From NCBI GenBank assembly GCA_964410905.1, contig CAYPIR010000008.1, forward strand, positions 19,019 through 83,018: a DNA stretch of 64,000 bases, read 5' to 3'. This stretch comes from an uncultured bacterium. GTDB taxonomy: Bacteria; Omnitrophota; Omnitrophia; Omnitrophales; Aquincolibacteriaceae. Shown in pieces: positions 17,767-27,179 of this stretch; positions within the stretch are counted from its first letter, which is position 1; the number at the start of each line of letters is the position of its first letter. The position numbers and the translations under genes are program-made. The notes under the pieces are model-generated. The model was not told the DNA's origin. It worked only from the letters and a program-made list of their open reading frames with translations, and did no database searches.

Positions 17767-18968
17767 CTGCCGATTCCCCAAGCGAGAATGTTTTGTTCCT
17801 GCCACGAAACTATAGACGGCGCGCCTGAAGCAGTAGAGCTGGAAAGTCCAAGCAGCGCCTCATCAAAATGGATTTTGCCGCTGCCGCTTAGCGTTGTAGA
17901 TTTACTAACCACCGCGCCATATACGCCGCCGTTTCCCGTGATGGCGACATCGCTATCCGGCGCGTATATGGTTCCATAAAAAGCACCGCTGCCTTCAATT
18001 GTTACTTGATGATTTCCCGTTACATAAAGTTGAAAATTTGCCGGGACATTGTCTTGAGTTCCAAACCCAGCTCCCGCGATTTTTACATCGCCGTCGACAA
18101 AAATGATTACTGGACCTTGCGCCTGCACGCTTCCAGACCCGCGAATTTCGTAAGAAGAATAATGGTATGTCCCGGCAGGCAAATAAGTTGTTAAGTAAGT
18201 AGAAGATTGAAATGCTCCTGACGATGCGACAGGAGCGGCGGGAACAGGGTCATAGGTTTGAGCTTCGGCCGCTACCGCCACGCCTCCCGTGATGTAATTT
18301 GTAACAACATTGCCATACCATGGAGGGAAATAAACTGTTGAAGAAGGAGTTCCTCCGGGGCCGATGGTTGCTATGCCGTTAATTTTTACGCTGCCGTCCA
18401 CATAGACAGCGCTTGCCGTTACGGCGTTTGTCGCAACATTCGCGCCGCTATTTTTTTGGGTATTTTGATAAGTGCCGTCATTGGAATTATAACTGTCTAT
18501 GAATGTCCCGCCTGTTAATTTAATTGATGTTGAGGCAAAGACGGCAAACTTAAAAACGCTTGCCGCGGCCGTTCTTGTATAGACGGTAATAACAGAGCGT
18601 TGAAACGCGCGCGCTGAAGGCTCGTCCGTTGGAGCAAAACCTATGGATGTGATTGCGCGGACATCGGGCTGCCCGGAAGGCGTTGTTACTTCTACGGTAA
18701 AACCGCCTTTCATAAAATTGGTGGACATATCAACAAAGTCCGCCGTCCCGGCATATGATGAGCTGGTCGAAAGTTGTTTGAGGGCAAAGTCGACGCCGGA
18801 TTCCGCCATAGCGAACGCGATGGTTTTGTTCCGGTTTCTTTCAGACGCGGCTATAAAAGCATTGCTTCGCGCGAAATATGCCAAAGAAAAAATAGCAAGT
18901 TGGGTGATGACAAGATAAACAGTTATTAGAACAAATCCTTTTTGGGAATGGAAAAGAAAGTTTTTCAT
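17763..18968 (-). CDS. PilX-like minor pilin / pilus tip-associated protein (Gly/Thr/Ala-rich).
   Basis: N-terminus KGFVLITVYLVITQLAIFSLAYF...AFAMAESG resembles the PilX N-terminal domain. Long G/T/A/S-rich beta-strand-like body. 4-nt overlap with the upstream pilin gene. Confidence 0.55.
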   Translation of the reverse strand: MKNFLFHSQKGFVLITVYLVITQLAIFSLAYFARSNAFIAASERNRNKTIAFAMAESGVDFALKQLSTSSSYAGTADFVDMSTNFMKGGFTVEVTTPSGQPDVRAITSIGFAPTDEPSARAFQRSVITVYTRTAAASVFKFAVFASTSIKLTGGTFIDSYNSNDGTYQNTQKNSGANVATNAVTASAVYVDGSVKINGIATIGPGGTPSSTVYFPPWYGNVVTNYITGGVAVAAEAQTYDPVPAAPVASSGAFQSSTYLTTYLPAGTYHYSSYEIRGSGSVQAQGPVIIFVDGDVKIAGAGFGTQDNVPANFQLYVTGNHQVTIEGSGAFYGTIYAPDSDVAITGNGGVYGAVVSKSTTLSGSGKIHFDEALLGLSSSTASGAPSIVSWQEQNILAWGIGS

Positions 18969-19516
18969 GAGTTCCTCACTTTCGCCTGCGCCACCAATTT
19001 AAGAGGAGTTGCTGGAATCGCGCGGCCCGAAGGCAAAGTTTTTTGAGCTTGAATGGTAATAGTGATAATTTTCGGCGGAATTGTATCGCTTGTAAACTGC
19101 AACCCCACAATGTTGTTGGCTATCACGGAAGTCCTTCCGGAAGTTGAATCTGTTCTGATAATTTGGCGGCTGTTTGTCTCTCCTAGCGCGTATTGAATAA
19201 TGTGCGCTTCTGACCATTTGACGGAATAATCAGCGTTGACAAATTCGTTCGGATTGGGAACTTGCAATTGAATAGATGCCATGTCTTCGCTTATGGAGAT
19301 TTTGCTTGGAGCAGTCGCGCGGATTTCCTGCAGCATTTTGTTCATGCCGTTTCTAACGGAGTCTTGAAGCGTCATGCGCGCTTGGCCTAAATTGGTTTGT
19401 TCCGTGCCGATACGGAAAATAATAAAAATACCAAGGACGATAATCGATGAAAGAGCTACGGCTATAAGCAATTCTAATGTCGTAAAAGCTCGGGCGTTTT
19501 TTTTGTGAGTATTCAT
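18965..19516 (-). CDS. Type IV pilin-like / pseudopilin protein (prepilin N-terminal methylation domain).
   Basis: N-terminus ARAFTTLELLIAVALSSIIVLGIFI, i.e. the class III signal G/A-F-T-L-x-E. Confidence 0.7.
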   Translation of the reverse strand: MNTHKKNARAFTTLELLIAVALSSIIVLGIFIIFRIGTEQTNLGQARMTLQDSVRNGMNKMLQEIRATAPSKISISEDMASIQLQVPNPNEFVNADYSVKWSEAHIIQYALGETNSRQIIRTDSTSGRTSVIANNIVGLQFTSDTIPPKIITITIQAQKTLPSGRAIPATPLKLVAQAKVRNS

Positions 19517-19520
19517 GTTT

Positions 19521-19931
19521 TCACCTCTGCCCTATTAAAGTCCGAAGCGAAGCCGTGAGCGTTTTTTCCGTATTAGATTCCCACGAGACTGTTATCAAAA
19601 CATATAAAAGATCGTCCGTTGGATTGTCGTAGTGAACAAGAACTTGTTCTTCAGGTAAACTTGTGAACCCCGTTACTAGGCCGTTTTGCGGAAAAGCGGT
19701 TGTAACATTCGTAGGGAATGAGCCGGTTTGAGAAGCGGTTCTCATTTGTTCTATGACGCGATACGCGTCCTGCACCGCTACTGTCCGTTCAAACGCTTCC
19801 TGCGAATTTTTTTGTATGATTAAATTAGCGCCGACATATCCAGAAATAACAAGCGCCGCAACAAACAGGGCAATGATTACTTCTACAATAGTAAAACCAC
19901 GAGACTGAATTTTGCGGTTTTTTATTATCAT
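19521..19931 (-). CDS. Type IV pilin-like / pseudopilin protein.
   Basis: N-terminus SRGFTIVEVIIALFVAALVISGY (prepilin cleavage/methylation motif). Confidence 0.7.
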   Translation of the reverse strand: MIIKNRKIQSRGFTIVEVIIALFVAALVISGYVGANLIIQKNSQEAFERTVAVQDAYRVIEQMRTASQTGSFPTNVTTAFPQNGLVTGFTSLPEEQVLVHYDNPTDDLLYVLITVSWESNTEKTLTASLRTLIGQR

Positions 19932-20302
19932 ATTAACCTCTTCATATTCTATAAACAGTATACACTGCTACATAAAATAAATATACTTTCCAAAACTAGT
20001 AAATAAAATCTTTTTATATTTTAAAAAGTCTTTTTTATAAAAATAACTAGCAAATTTAACCTATGGTAACGGCTCGTTTATGGCATTCCGCTTTTGCGAC
20101 AATTCGCAAAGACAGGAAGTATTGCAATCTTACGGTTGCTGTCATTCCGCGCGGTGTTTTTTAACATCGTGGAATCCAAAACAGCTGCGACATTTCATTA
20201 ACGGCTAAAAACCATAAAATTTCAATTCTTGATTTTTCCAATAAATGATAAAATGTGAAAGTTTTTAAAGTTTTTTAACCAAAGGAGAAATAAGGAGAAA
20301 TT

Positions 20303-21196
20303 ATGAAAACGATAGGTAAAATTTTGGTTAGTTTTTTAGTGACGGTTGTGGCACTTTTGGCTGTCCTTTTCTTTGCGCGCAATATTATCGTAAAAGCAGC
20401 GGCGGAAACAGTTACGCCGATAGTTCTTGGTACGCCGCTTAAACTACAAAAAGTGGATATTAATTTTGGGAAGACCTATGTTAATTTGGAAGGTATCGTT
20501 TTAAAAAATCCCGATGGTTTTCATGGTACCGAACTCGTCAATATTCCTAAAATACTTGTCGACTATAATTTGAGCGATATTCTTCGCAAGAATTATCACT
20601 TGGAAGATCTCGAATTCGATATGCGACAGTTTACCGTAGTGAAGAATGATAAAGGCGTTTTGAATCTTGATCATTTTATTAAAGAGCAGCAAGGTGACAA
20701 AAAACAAACTACAACGGCTCCGGAAACAAAAAAATCCGAGCCACAAAAATCCGCTGAAACGTTAAATGTGCAAATTGACAGATTCCGTTTGAAAGTGGGC
20801 AAGGTAGTTTATATCGATTATTCGAGCGGCAAGGCCGATTCAAAAGAATTTTTGATTAATCTCGATGAAACTTATCAAAATATCACGGATTTTAAAAAAC
20901 TTGGCGCGTTGATTGTTTTTAAAATTATGACTAAGTCATCACTCGCCAATCTTGCTAATTTTGATGTCTCAAGCCTTGGCAATAGCGTCGTTGGAATTGC
21001 CGGCGGAGCGACAAAGTTGGTTGGGCAGGCCGCAACTACAGCTACTGATACCGCAAAGAATGTCGTCGCGACTGTAACGAACGTTCAAGATACAGCCAAG
21101 CAAACAAAAGAGTCCGCATCCGCCGCGGTAAAAGACGTTACTACAGGAGTAAAAGACGCGGCTGACAGTCTTAAGGGCCTTTTTAGTAAAAAATAA
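20303..21196 (+). CDS. Membrane-anchored hypothetical protein (N-terminal TM helix, AsmA-like N-terminus, T/A/K-rich C-terminal repeats).
   Basis: Single N-terminal TM helix. C-terminus has degenerate repeats (TATDTAKNVVATVTNVQDTAKQTKESASAAVKDVTTGVKDAADSLKG). Confidence 0.45.
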   Translation: MKTIGKILVSFLVTVVALLAVLFFARNIIVKAAAETVTPIVLGTPLKLQKVDINFGKTYVNLEGIVLKNPDGFHGTELVNIPKILVDYNLSDILRKNYHLEDLEFDMRQFTVVKNDKGVLNLDHFIKEQQGDKKQTTTAPETKKSEPQKSAETLNVQIDRFRLKVGKVVYIDYSSGKADSKEFLINLDETYQNITDFKKLGALIVFKIMTKSSLANLANFDVSSLGNSVVGIAGGATKLVGQAATTATDTAKNVVATVTNVQDTAKQTKESASAAVKDVTTGVKDAADSLKGLFSKK

Positions 21197-21224
21197 AATG
21201 TAGCTTTACAAGAAGGATGAAAGA

Positions 21225-22454
21225 ATGCCCGATCGCGAAAAGGAACTTCAAGCGATTCTTCGTATTACGGAAAAAATTAACGGGGGCAAACTTTTAGATG
21301 AAGTTTTAGACGAAGCCTATGTGGTTTTGAAGGAAGTAATTCCTTATGACCGCATAGGCTTTTCTTTTTTAGGCGAAAACAATACTGTGTTGCGTGCTTA
21401 TTGGATACGCTCGGAGCATGAGCAGTTAGGCCTCGACAGAGGCTATTTTGCCAATATGAAAGGAAGCAGTCTTGAAACGATTTTAACGACAGGCGAGCCG
21501 CGAATTATCAATGATTTGGAAAAATATCTTGAGTCTCACCCTAATTCCAATTCGACACAAAAAATAGTTGCCGAAGGAATTCGCTCCAACCTAACTTGTC
21601 CGCTTGTTGCCATGGGAAAACCCGTGGGATTTATTTTCTTTTCCAGCCGTCAAGTCGCCGCTTATGAACAAGCTCATGTTGATTTTTTTAAGCAAATTGC
21701 CGCTCAACTTTCGCTCGCGCTGGAAAAAAGCCGTTTATATGAAGAAGCCTTGCGCGCCAACGATTTGAAAAATGAGTTTCTTGGAATTGCCGTGCATGAC
21801 CTAAGAAGTCCGCTGACAGTGATAAAAGGTTATGCCGACCTTTTAACGCAAGGCCTAATTGGTGAAATTTCTAATGATCAAAAAAAAGCAATAAAAACAA
21901 TACAGCGCAATTGCGATAATATGCTGGCTTTTATTAACGACCTTTTAGATGTTAGCGCAATTGAATCAGGCAAGGTATCCATAAATATTCAAACTGTGAA
22001 TTTAAAAGCGTATTTAGAAGAAGTTTTGAAAAATAATATTTTTATTACGCGGGCGAAATCAATTGAACTTATTTTGCAAAATGAAACGCCCGAGAACATT
22101 TTGGTTCCAATGGATACTAAGAGAATAGACCAAGTTTTAAATAACTTAATTACCAACGCCGTAAAATTTTCTCTTAAGGGCAAAAAAATAATTATGCTCG
22201 CGAAGCAAGCCGGCGATAACGTTTTAATTTCTGTCATTGACGAAGGACAGGGGATCCCGCGCTCCGAAATTCCCAAAATGTTCCAATATTTTGGAAAAAC
22301 AAGCGTTGTGCCGACAGCGGGTGAAAAATCCACGGGGCTTGGGCTCGCGATTTCCAAAAAAATTGTGGAAGCGCATAGCGGAAAAATTTCTGTTACAAGC
22401 GAGATGGGCAAAGGCTCCGCTTTTTCTTTCACGCTTCCGCTAACTTCAAAATAA
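21225..22454 (+). CDS. Cytoplasmic sensor histidine kinase with a GAF domain.
   Basis: No TM segment. H-box [15 protein letters not shown]1 and G2 boxes ([24 protein letters not shown]). Confidence 0.8.
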   Translation: MPDREKELQAILRITEKINGGKLLDEVLDEAYVVLKEVIPYDRIGFSFLGENNTVLRAYWIRSEHEQLGLDRGYFANMKGSSLETILTTGEPRIINDLEKYLESHPNSNSTQKIVAEGIRSNLTCPLVAMGKPVGFIFFSSRQVAAYEQAHVDFFKQIAAQLSLALEKSRLYEEALRANDLKNEFLGIAVHDLRSPLTVIKGYADLLTQGLIGEISNDQKKAIKTIQRNCDNMLAFINDLLDVSAIESGKVSINIQTVNLKAYLEEVLKNNIFITRAKSIELILQNETPENILVPMDTKRIDQVLNNLITNAVKFSLKGKKIIMLAKQAGDNVLISVIDEGQGIPRSEIPKMFQYFGKTSVVPTAGEKSTGLGLAISKKIVEAHSGKISVTSEMGKGSAFSFTLPLTSK

Positions 22455-22458
22455 ATTT

Positions 22459-22980
22459 ATGCTAAGTTTAGAAATCAAAGCACGGTTGAAAAATCCCGCA
22501 AAAGTCCGCGAAATTCTCCTTAAGAATAGCGCGGTTTCTAAAGGAACGGACTATCAAAACGATACATATTTTGATTCGCCGTTTGGCAGGCTAAAGCTTC
22601 GCGAAGGCAAAATCGAAACCGCGCTTATTTTTTACAAACGTGAAAATAAAAAAAAATCAAAACAATGCGAGTCAGTTCTTTATAAGACTCAAGCCGCTCG
22701 CGGTTTGAAAAAAGTTTTGGAGAGCGCGCTTAAAAAAACCGCGGTAGTTCGGAAACGGCGTGAAATTTATTTTATCGGCGCCGCGAAATTTCATATTGAT
22801 AAGGTTGAGAAATTAGGAAGTTTTGTTGAAATAGAAGTTTTTGAGCGAAAAGGGAAACGAGACGCGGCTAGTCTTAAAAAGGAAAGTCTTTACTATCAAA
22901 ATCTTCTAGGTATTAGTTCCGCCGATTTGCTCTCTGATTCCTACAGCGATCAGCTGCTGAAAGTGAAAAACAAAATCTAA
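22459..22980 (+). CDS. CYTH-domain protein (class IV adenylate cyclase / triphosphate tunnel metalloenzyme family).
   Basis: N-terminal EIKARL (ExExK-like) start and a beta-rich core typical of CyaB/ThTPase. Lies 4 nt after the kinase gene. Confidence 0.65.
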   Translation: MLSLEIKARLKNPAKVREILLKNSAVSKGTDYQNDTYFDSPFGRLKLREGKIETALIFYKRENKKKSKQCESVLYKTQAARGLKKVLESALKKTAVVRKRREIYFIGAAKFHIDKVEKLGSFVEIEVFERKGKRDAASLKKESLYYQNLLGISSADLLSDSYSDQLLKVKNKI

Positions 22981-24146
22981 CTCGGCCAATACGGACCGTT
23001 GTATTGATTCAAAATTCGGGGCGTTAAATCGCGGTCAAGCGCCAATTGAATTTGCAGATGTTTTGAACCCCACAATCCATGCTCCGCTTCAAAAACTCCT
23101 GTGAGATGCGTTCCGCAATATTCGCAGCCGCCGTCTTTTTTAAGATGCCAATCGGTGATTCTAAATTCTTTACGGCATATTATTTCGCGGCCGCAATAAT
23201 GGCAAAAAGTGTTCTGCGTTTTGGGGTCGTGAATATTACTTGTGTAAACATATCGGAGTCCGCTTTTCAAAGCCCATTTGCGCGCTTTGACAATATCTGC
23301 CGGACGGGTTGACGCGTAATACCTCATTTCATTGCTGGGTAAAAACGCGCTCAGATGAAGCGGCGTGTCGGGCGAAAGGTTTTGAGCAATCCATTCTGCC
23401 ATTTGTCTAATTTCGTTTTCATTGTCATTAACGCCGGGAATAAGAGGCGTTGTGATTTCAAGCCAAGTAGATGTTTTCTTTTTTACATATTCAAGAGTTT
23501 CTAAAACGGGTTTTAATTCTCCTCCGATATAGTCCTTATAAAATTCTTCTGAAAACCCCTTGAGAGAAACAAGCGCGGCGTCCATTTCTTTATAAAATTC
23601 TTCCCGCGGTTTAGGAAGAACATAGCCGTTTGTAATCGCGACAGTTTTTATTCCTTCCAAACGCGCTAGGCGCGCGGTCGCGACGGCAAACTCGTGAAAA
23701 ATTATTGGCTCATTGCGAGTAAACGCTAGCGCGTGGCAATTAAGAGATTTTGCCGCCTTGACTATTTTTTCCGGAGGGGCGAGCGTAAGTTCAGCATTTT
23801 TGACTCCGCAATGACTCAAAAGATAATCTTGGCAAAATTTACATTTGAGATTGCAGCCGGCGGTGCCAAACGACATAACGGGCGTGCCGGGAAAGAAATG
23901 GAAAAGTTGTTTTTTTTCAATCGGATCAATAAAAAATCCGCTGGAAAGGCCGTAGGTCATGGCAATGAGGTCTTTGCCGTCAAATCGGCGGAATTGACAC
24001 TCTCCAGATTGGTCTTCTTCTAAAACGCAGCGTTTAGGACAAAGCTCACATTCTATTTTTTTGTCCGATATTTTTCTCCAGAATTTAGCTATATTTGATG
24101 GCTGCGGCATAAAACCTTTCTTTAGAAGTATACATTCTTTCGGCAA
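22977..24146 (-). CDS. Radical SAM enzyme of the AmmeMemoRadiSam-system type (PflA-like activase fold).
   Basis: N-terminal extra Cys cluster CELCPKRC...GEC, then the radical SAM motif GTAGCNLKCKFCQD. C-terminal CHYCG...CEYCG Cys pairs. Confidence 0.75.
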   Translation of the reverse strand: MPKECILLKKGFMPQPSNIAKFWRKISDKKIECELCPKRCVLEEDQSGECQFRRFDGKDLIAMTYGLSSGFFIDPIEKKQLFHFFPGTPVMSFGTAGCNLKCKFCQDYLLSHCGVKNAELTLAPPEKIVKAAKSLNCHALAFTRNEPIIFHEFAVATARLARLEGIKTVAITNGYVLPKPREEFYKEMDAALVSLKGFSEEFYKDYIGGELKPVLETLEYVKKKTSTWLEITTPLIPGVNDNENEIRQMAEWIAQNLSPDTPLHLSAFLPSNEMRYYASTRPADIVKARKWALKSGLRYVYTSNIHDPKTQNTFCHYCGREIICRKEFRITDWHLKKDGGCEYCGTHLTGVFEAEHGLWGSKHLQIQLALDRDLTPRILNQYNGPYWPS

Positions 24147-24192
24147 AATCGGTTAAAATACTGACCTTTTTAAAAAGGATTTTTAGCAAAAT

Positions 24193-26232
24193 ATGTCAAA
24201 TACTTATCGGGATAAACCACATAAACATAAAAAACAAATTCGCGATATTTCCGCTTCCCCCAAACCAGAAAAAAAAGAGCGGGAAATTTGGGTCGGCGAG
24301 CAGGCGGTTGTTGAAAAACATTTTTTGAAAATGACGCGGCTTTTAAGAAACGAAGAACGCGCCGATGACGAGAGATTTAAAGCCGATGTTTTGGATAGAT
24401 TGCCGGATGAACAAGAGCGGCGCGGGAAAGCGTTGTTTCGTCTTGAACTTGTAGAAACGCATTTTAGTCCATCGGGACAAAAACTTCTTTCATTCGCTCT
24501 TAAAAACGGGCGGCCGCTTCCGCGCTACACGCTGATGCCCGGAGATGTTGTTATTCTTTCAGGATTTCAAACCCCGCTTGTGGATTGCCCCTCAGGAACG
24601 GTTTATGAAAAAGACCGAATGAAAATTATTATAGCGTTTAACCGCGCGATTCCTTCTTGGGTAGAAAGCGAAAAAACATTTCGGGTTTCGCTTTCCGCGA
24701 ACAAAAACACTTACGAGCGGATGTATGAAACCATTCATGTGGTTAACACGGCGGAGCATTCTACGCTTTCAAATGTCAGGGACATTAGTCTTGGACTTAA
24801 AAAACCTACTTTGCTGGATGCCGTTTCTCAGTCAGTTTTAAACGGTTTTGACGCGAGGCTAAACGCTGAACAAAATGAAGCTGTCCGCGGTGCGCTTGAA
24901 GCAAAAGAAATTTTTTTAATTCACGGTCCGCCGGGAACGGGGAAGACTCGGGTGCTGGTTGAAATTGTTAGACAAGCGGTTTTACAAAATCAAAGCGTTC
25001 TTTTGTCCGCGCCCAGCAACGCGGCATGCGATCATCTTGTTGAGTGCCTCGTTGCCGCTAAAATTCCTGTAACAAGACTTGGGCATCCTGCGCGAGTAAC
25101 AGAACGAATTCGAGAACATACGCTCAGTTATAAACTCTCAGCGCATCCGCTTGCGAAAATGATAGACCAAAACGAATTTGCTCTTGAACAAATAGAGCGT
25201 CAAAAAGAACGCAGGCAGGATAGACGAGTGATGAGTTGGGAAGAACGCCGTGAAATGCGGGATGAAATTCATCGTTTGAGGGACGACACAAGAGAGCTTA
25301 AGACGCAAATTTTTAAACAAGTTTGGAACGCGTCCGATGTGGTCGTGGCGACGCATATCGGCTGCGGCGATTCTTTGATACGCGCCAAAGCTTTTGACTG
25401 GGTGATTTTGGACGAAGCGACGCAAGGCATAGAGCCGGCGACCTGGATACCCATGAGGCACGGGGGAAAAATTGTTTTGGCGGGAGACCATGAACAATTG
25501 CCGCCGACGGTTTTTTCTCATCGCGCGAACGAGCGCGATTTGAGTTTTACGCTATTTGAAAGGTTGACCGCGGTATTGCCTAAGGGTTTTAAAATTCGTC
25601 TTGAACGGCAATATCGAATGAATGAAAAAATTATGAGATTTTCTTCAGATGAGTTTTATGACGGAATGCTTTTGGCGGATGAGACCGCGCGCGGTATAAC
25701 GCTTAAAGATTTGTGCCCGGCAATTTTAGAAGCGGATAATGATTCTGTTATATGGCTTGATACGGCGGGAATGGGATATGAAGAAGAAATCGAAGTCGGG
25801 ACAGAAAGCAGATATAACTCTCAGGAAGCAAAATTGGTCGTGCAGGAATTAAATAGATTGCTTGCAAACGGCGTTAAGGCAAAAGACATTGCTGTTATTA
25901 GCCCATATAGCGCGCAAGTAAAACTTTTGACTAGTCTTATTTTAGGAGACAGAGAAGACTTGGGTGATTTAGCGGAGCTTGAAATAGACAGCGTTGACGC
26001 TTTTCAAGGCAGAGAAAAAGAAGCCGTCCTGGTGTCTCTTGTTAGGTCGAATGCCGATGGAGATTTGGGATTTCTAAAAGATATTAGGCGAATGAATGTT
26101 GCGATGACGCGAGCGAAACGAAAACTTATTTTTGTCGGGGACAGCGCCACGCTTTCCGCTGAAGGATTTTATGAACGCTTTGTCGGTTATGTCGAGTCCA
26201 TCAATGGCTATAGAAGCGCGTGGTCGAGTTAG
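24193..26232 (+). CDS. SF1B Upf1-family helicase resembling IGHMBP2/Smubp-2 (DNA2/NAM7-type AAA_11/AAA_12 domains).
   Basis: The N-terminal beta-barrel region aligns by eye with the IGHMBP2 N-terminus. Motifs GPPGTGKT (I), DEATQ (II), VLAGDHEQLPPTV (III) and QGREKEAV (V/VI). Confidence 0.8.
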   Translation: MSNTYRDKPHKHKKQIRDISASPKPEKKEREIWVGEQAVVEKHFLKMTRLLRNEERADDERFKADVLDRLPDEQERRGKALFRLELVETHFSPSGQKLLSFALKNGRPLPRYTLMPGDVVILSGFQTPLVDCPSGTVYEKDRMKIIIAFNRAIPSWVESEKTFRVSLSANKNTYERMYETIHVVNTAEHSTLSNVRDISLGLKKPTLLDAVSQSVLNGFDARLNAEQNEAVRGALEAKEIFLIHGPPGTGKTRVLVEIVRQAVLQNQSVLLSAPSNAACDHLVECLVAAKIPVTRLGHPARVTERIREHTLSYKLSAHPLAKMIDQNEFALEQIERQKERRQDRRVMSWEERREMRDEIHRLRDDTRELKTQIFKQVWNASDVVVATHIGCGDSLIRAKAFDWVILDEATQGIEPATWIPMRHGGKIVLAGDHEQLPPTVFSHRANERDLSFTLFERLTAVLPKGFKIRLERQYRMNEKIMRFSSDEFYDGMLLADETARGITLKDLCPAILEADNDSVIWLDTAGMGYEEEIEVGTESRYNSQEAKLVVQELNRLLANGVKAKDIAVISPYSAQVKLLTSLILGDREDLGDLAELEIDSVDAFQGREKEAVLVSLVRSNADGDLGFLKDIRRMNVAMTRAKRKLIFVGDSATLSAEGFYERFVGYVESINGYRSAWSS

Positions 26233-26312
26233 ATGCGGAGTTGCATTAACAAAATGTATTAACTAGATTGCCTCATTTGACGTAAAGGCGTAAACAACGA
26301 ACACAAAAATTT

Positions 26313-27176
26313 TTAAATTTTGAAAATACTAGGCAGCGGAGTTTGGAATGTTTTTGTTTCGCGCGTTCGCGGATGCGTGAACGATAAAAAATAAGCGTGA
26401 AGCGCGAGGCGTTTAAAAGGATTTGTTTTTGCTCCGTATTTCGTATCTCCCGCTATGGGGCAGCCAAGACTTGCCAAATGAACACGAATTTGATTTTTCC
26501 TTCCCGTTTTGAGTTCCACCTCGACAAGAGAATAGGATTTATTTTCACTAATGACTCTGTATAAAGTTACGGCATCACGGGCATTCGGGCGGCTTTTTGA
26601 CGCGACAAATACTCGTCTAAACGCGTCTTCGCAAAGCGGGGCATCGATTACGCCGCTCTTTCTATCCGGGCAGCCTTCTGCCACAGCGTAATACCTTTTT
26701 GTCGCTGTTTGCCAATTCTCCTGAAGAGCTTTTTTTGCCTGCTCCGTTTTTGCAAAAACAATAAGGCCTGAGGCGTCGCGGTCAAGACGGTGAACTATGA
26801 AAATACGATTTTTCTTATCTTGCAAACGGACATATTCAGTCAGCTTGAAATAAAGCGTTTGGCGTTTTTCTTCTTCCGTTCCCATCGTGAGAAGTCCCGA
26901 AGGCTTTTCTACTACCAAAATATCCGAGTCCTCAAAAATAATTTTTAACCGCAAATCCTCTCTGGATTTTTGGGCAATACTTTGATTTTTATCAAGGATT
27001 TCGACAATGTCGCCGGCGGTTAACTCTTCGCGGTAAAAATGAGTTTTTTCACCGTTTACAAGAATTGCGCCAAATTTTAAAAGTTGTTTTATTTTAGTTT
27101 TGTTGAGTAAGGGGGAACGAGATTGCAGCAAAAAATCCTGCAGCAAACAATCAGCCGCCACAGTAAAACGCCGCAC
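26313..27176 (-). CDS. RluA-family pseudouridine synthase.
   Basis: Catalytic motif HRLDRDASGLIVFAKT. N-terminal S4-like region. Lies 4 bp downstream of nuoN on the same strand. Confidence 0.8.
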   Translation of the reverse strand: MRRFTVAADCLLQDFLLQSRSPLLNKTKIKQLLKFGAILVNGEKTHFYREELTAGDIVEILDKNQSIAQKSREDLRLKIIFEDSDILVVEKPSGLLTMGTEEEKRQTLYFKLTEYVRLQDKKNRIFIVHRLDRDASGLIVFAKTEQAKKALQENWQTATKRYYAVAEGCPDRKSGVIDAPLCEDAFRRVFVASKSRPNARDAVTLYRVISENKSYSLVEVELKTGRKNQIRVHLASLGCPIAGDTKYGAKTNPFKRLALHAYFLSFTHPRTRETKTFQTPLPSIFKI

Positions 27177-27179
27177 GGT

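Noticed and set aside
20080-20110. Short hairpin TTGCGAcaatTCGCAA and duplicated cattccgc motif in the 370-bp region between the pilin operon and the 20303 gene, considered as a possible small RNA.
   Set aside because: Only a 6-bp stem. No terminator, promoter pairing or conservation information, so too little evidence.
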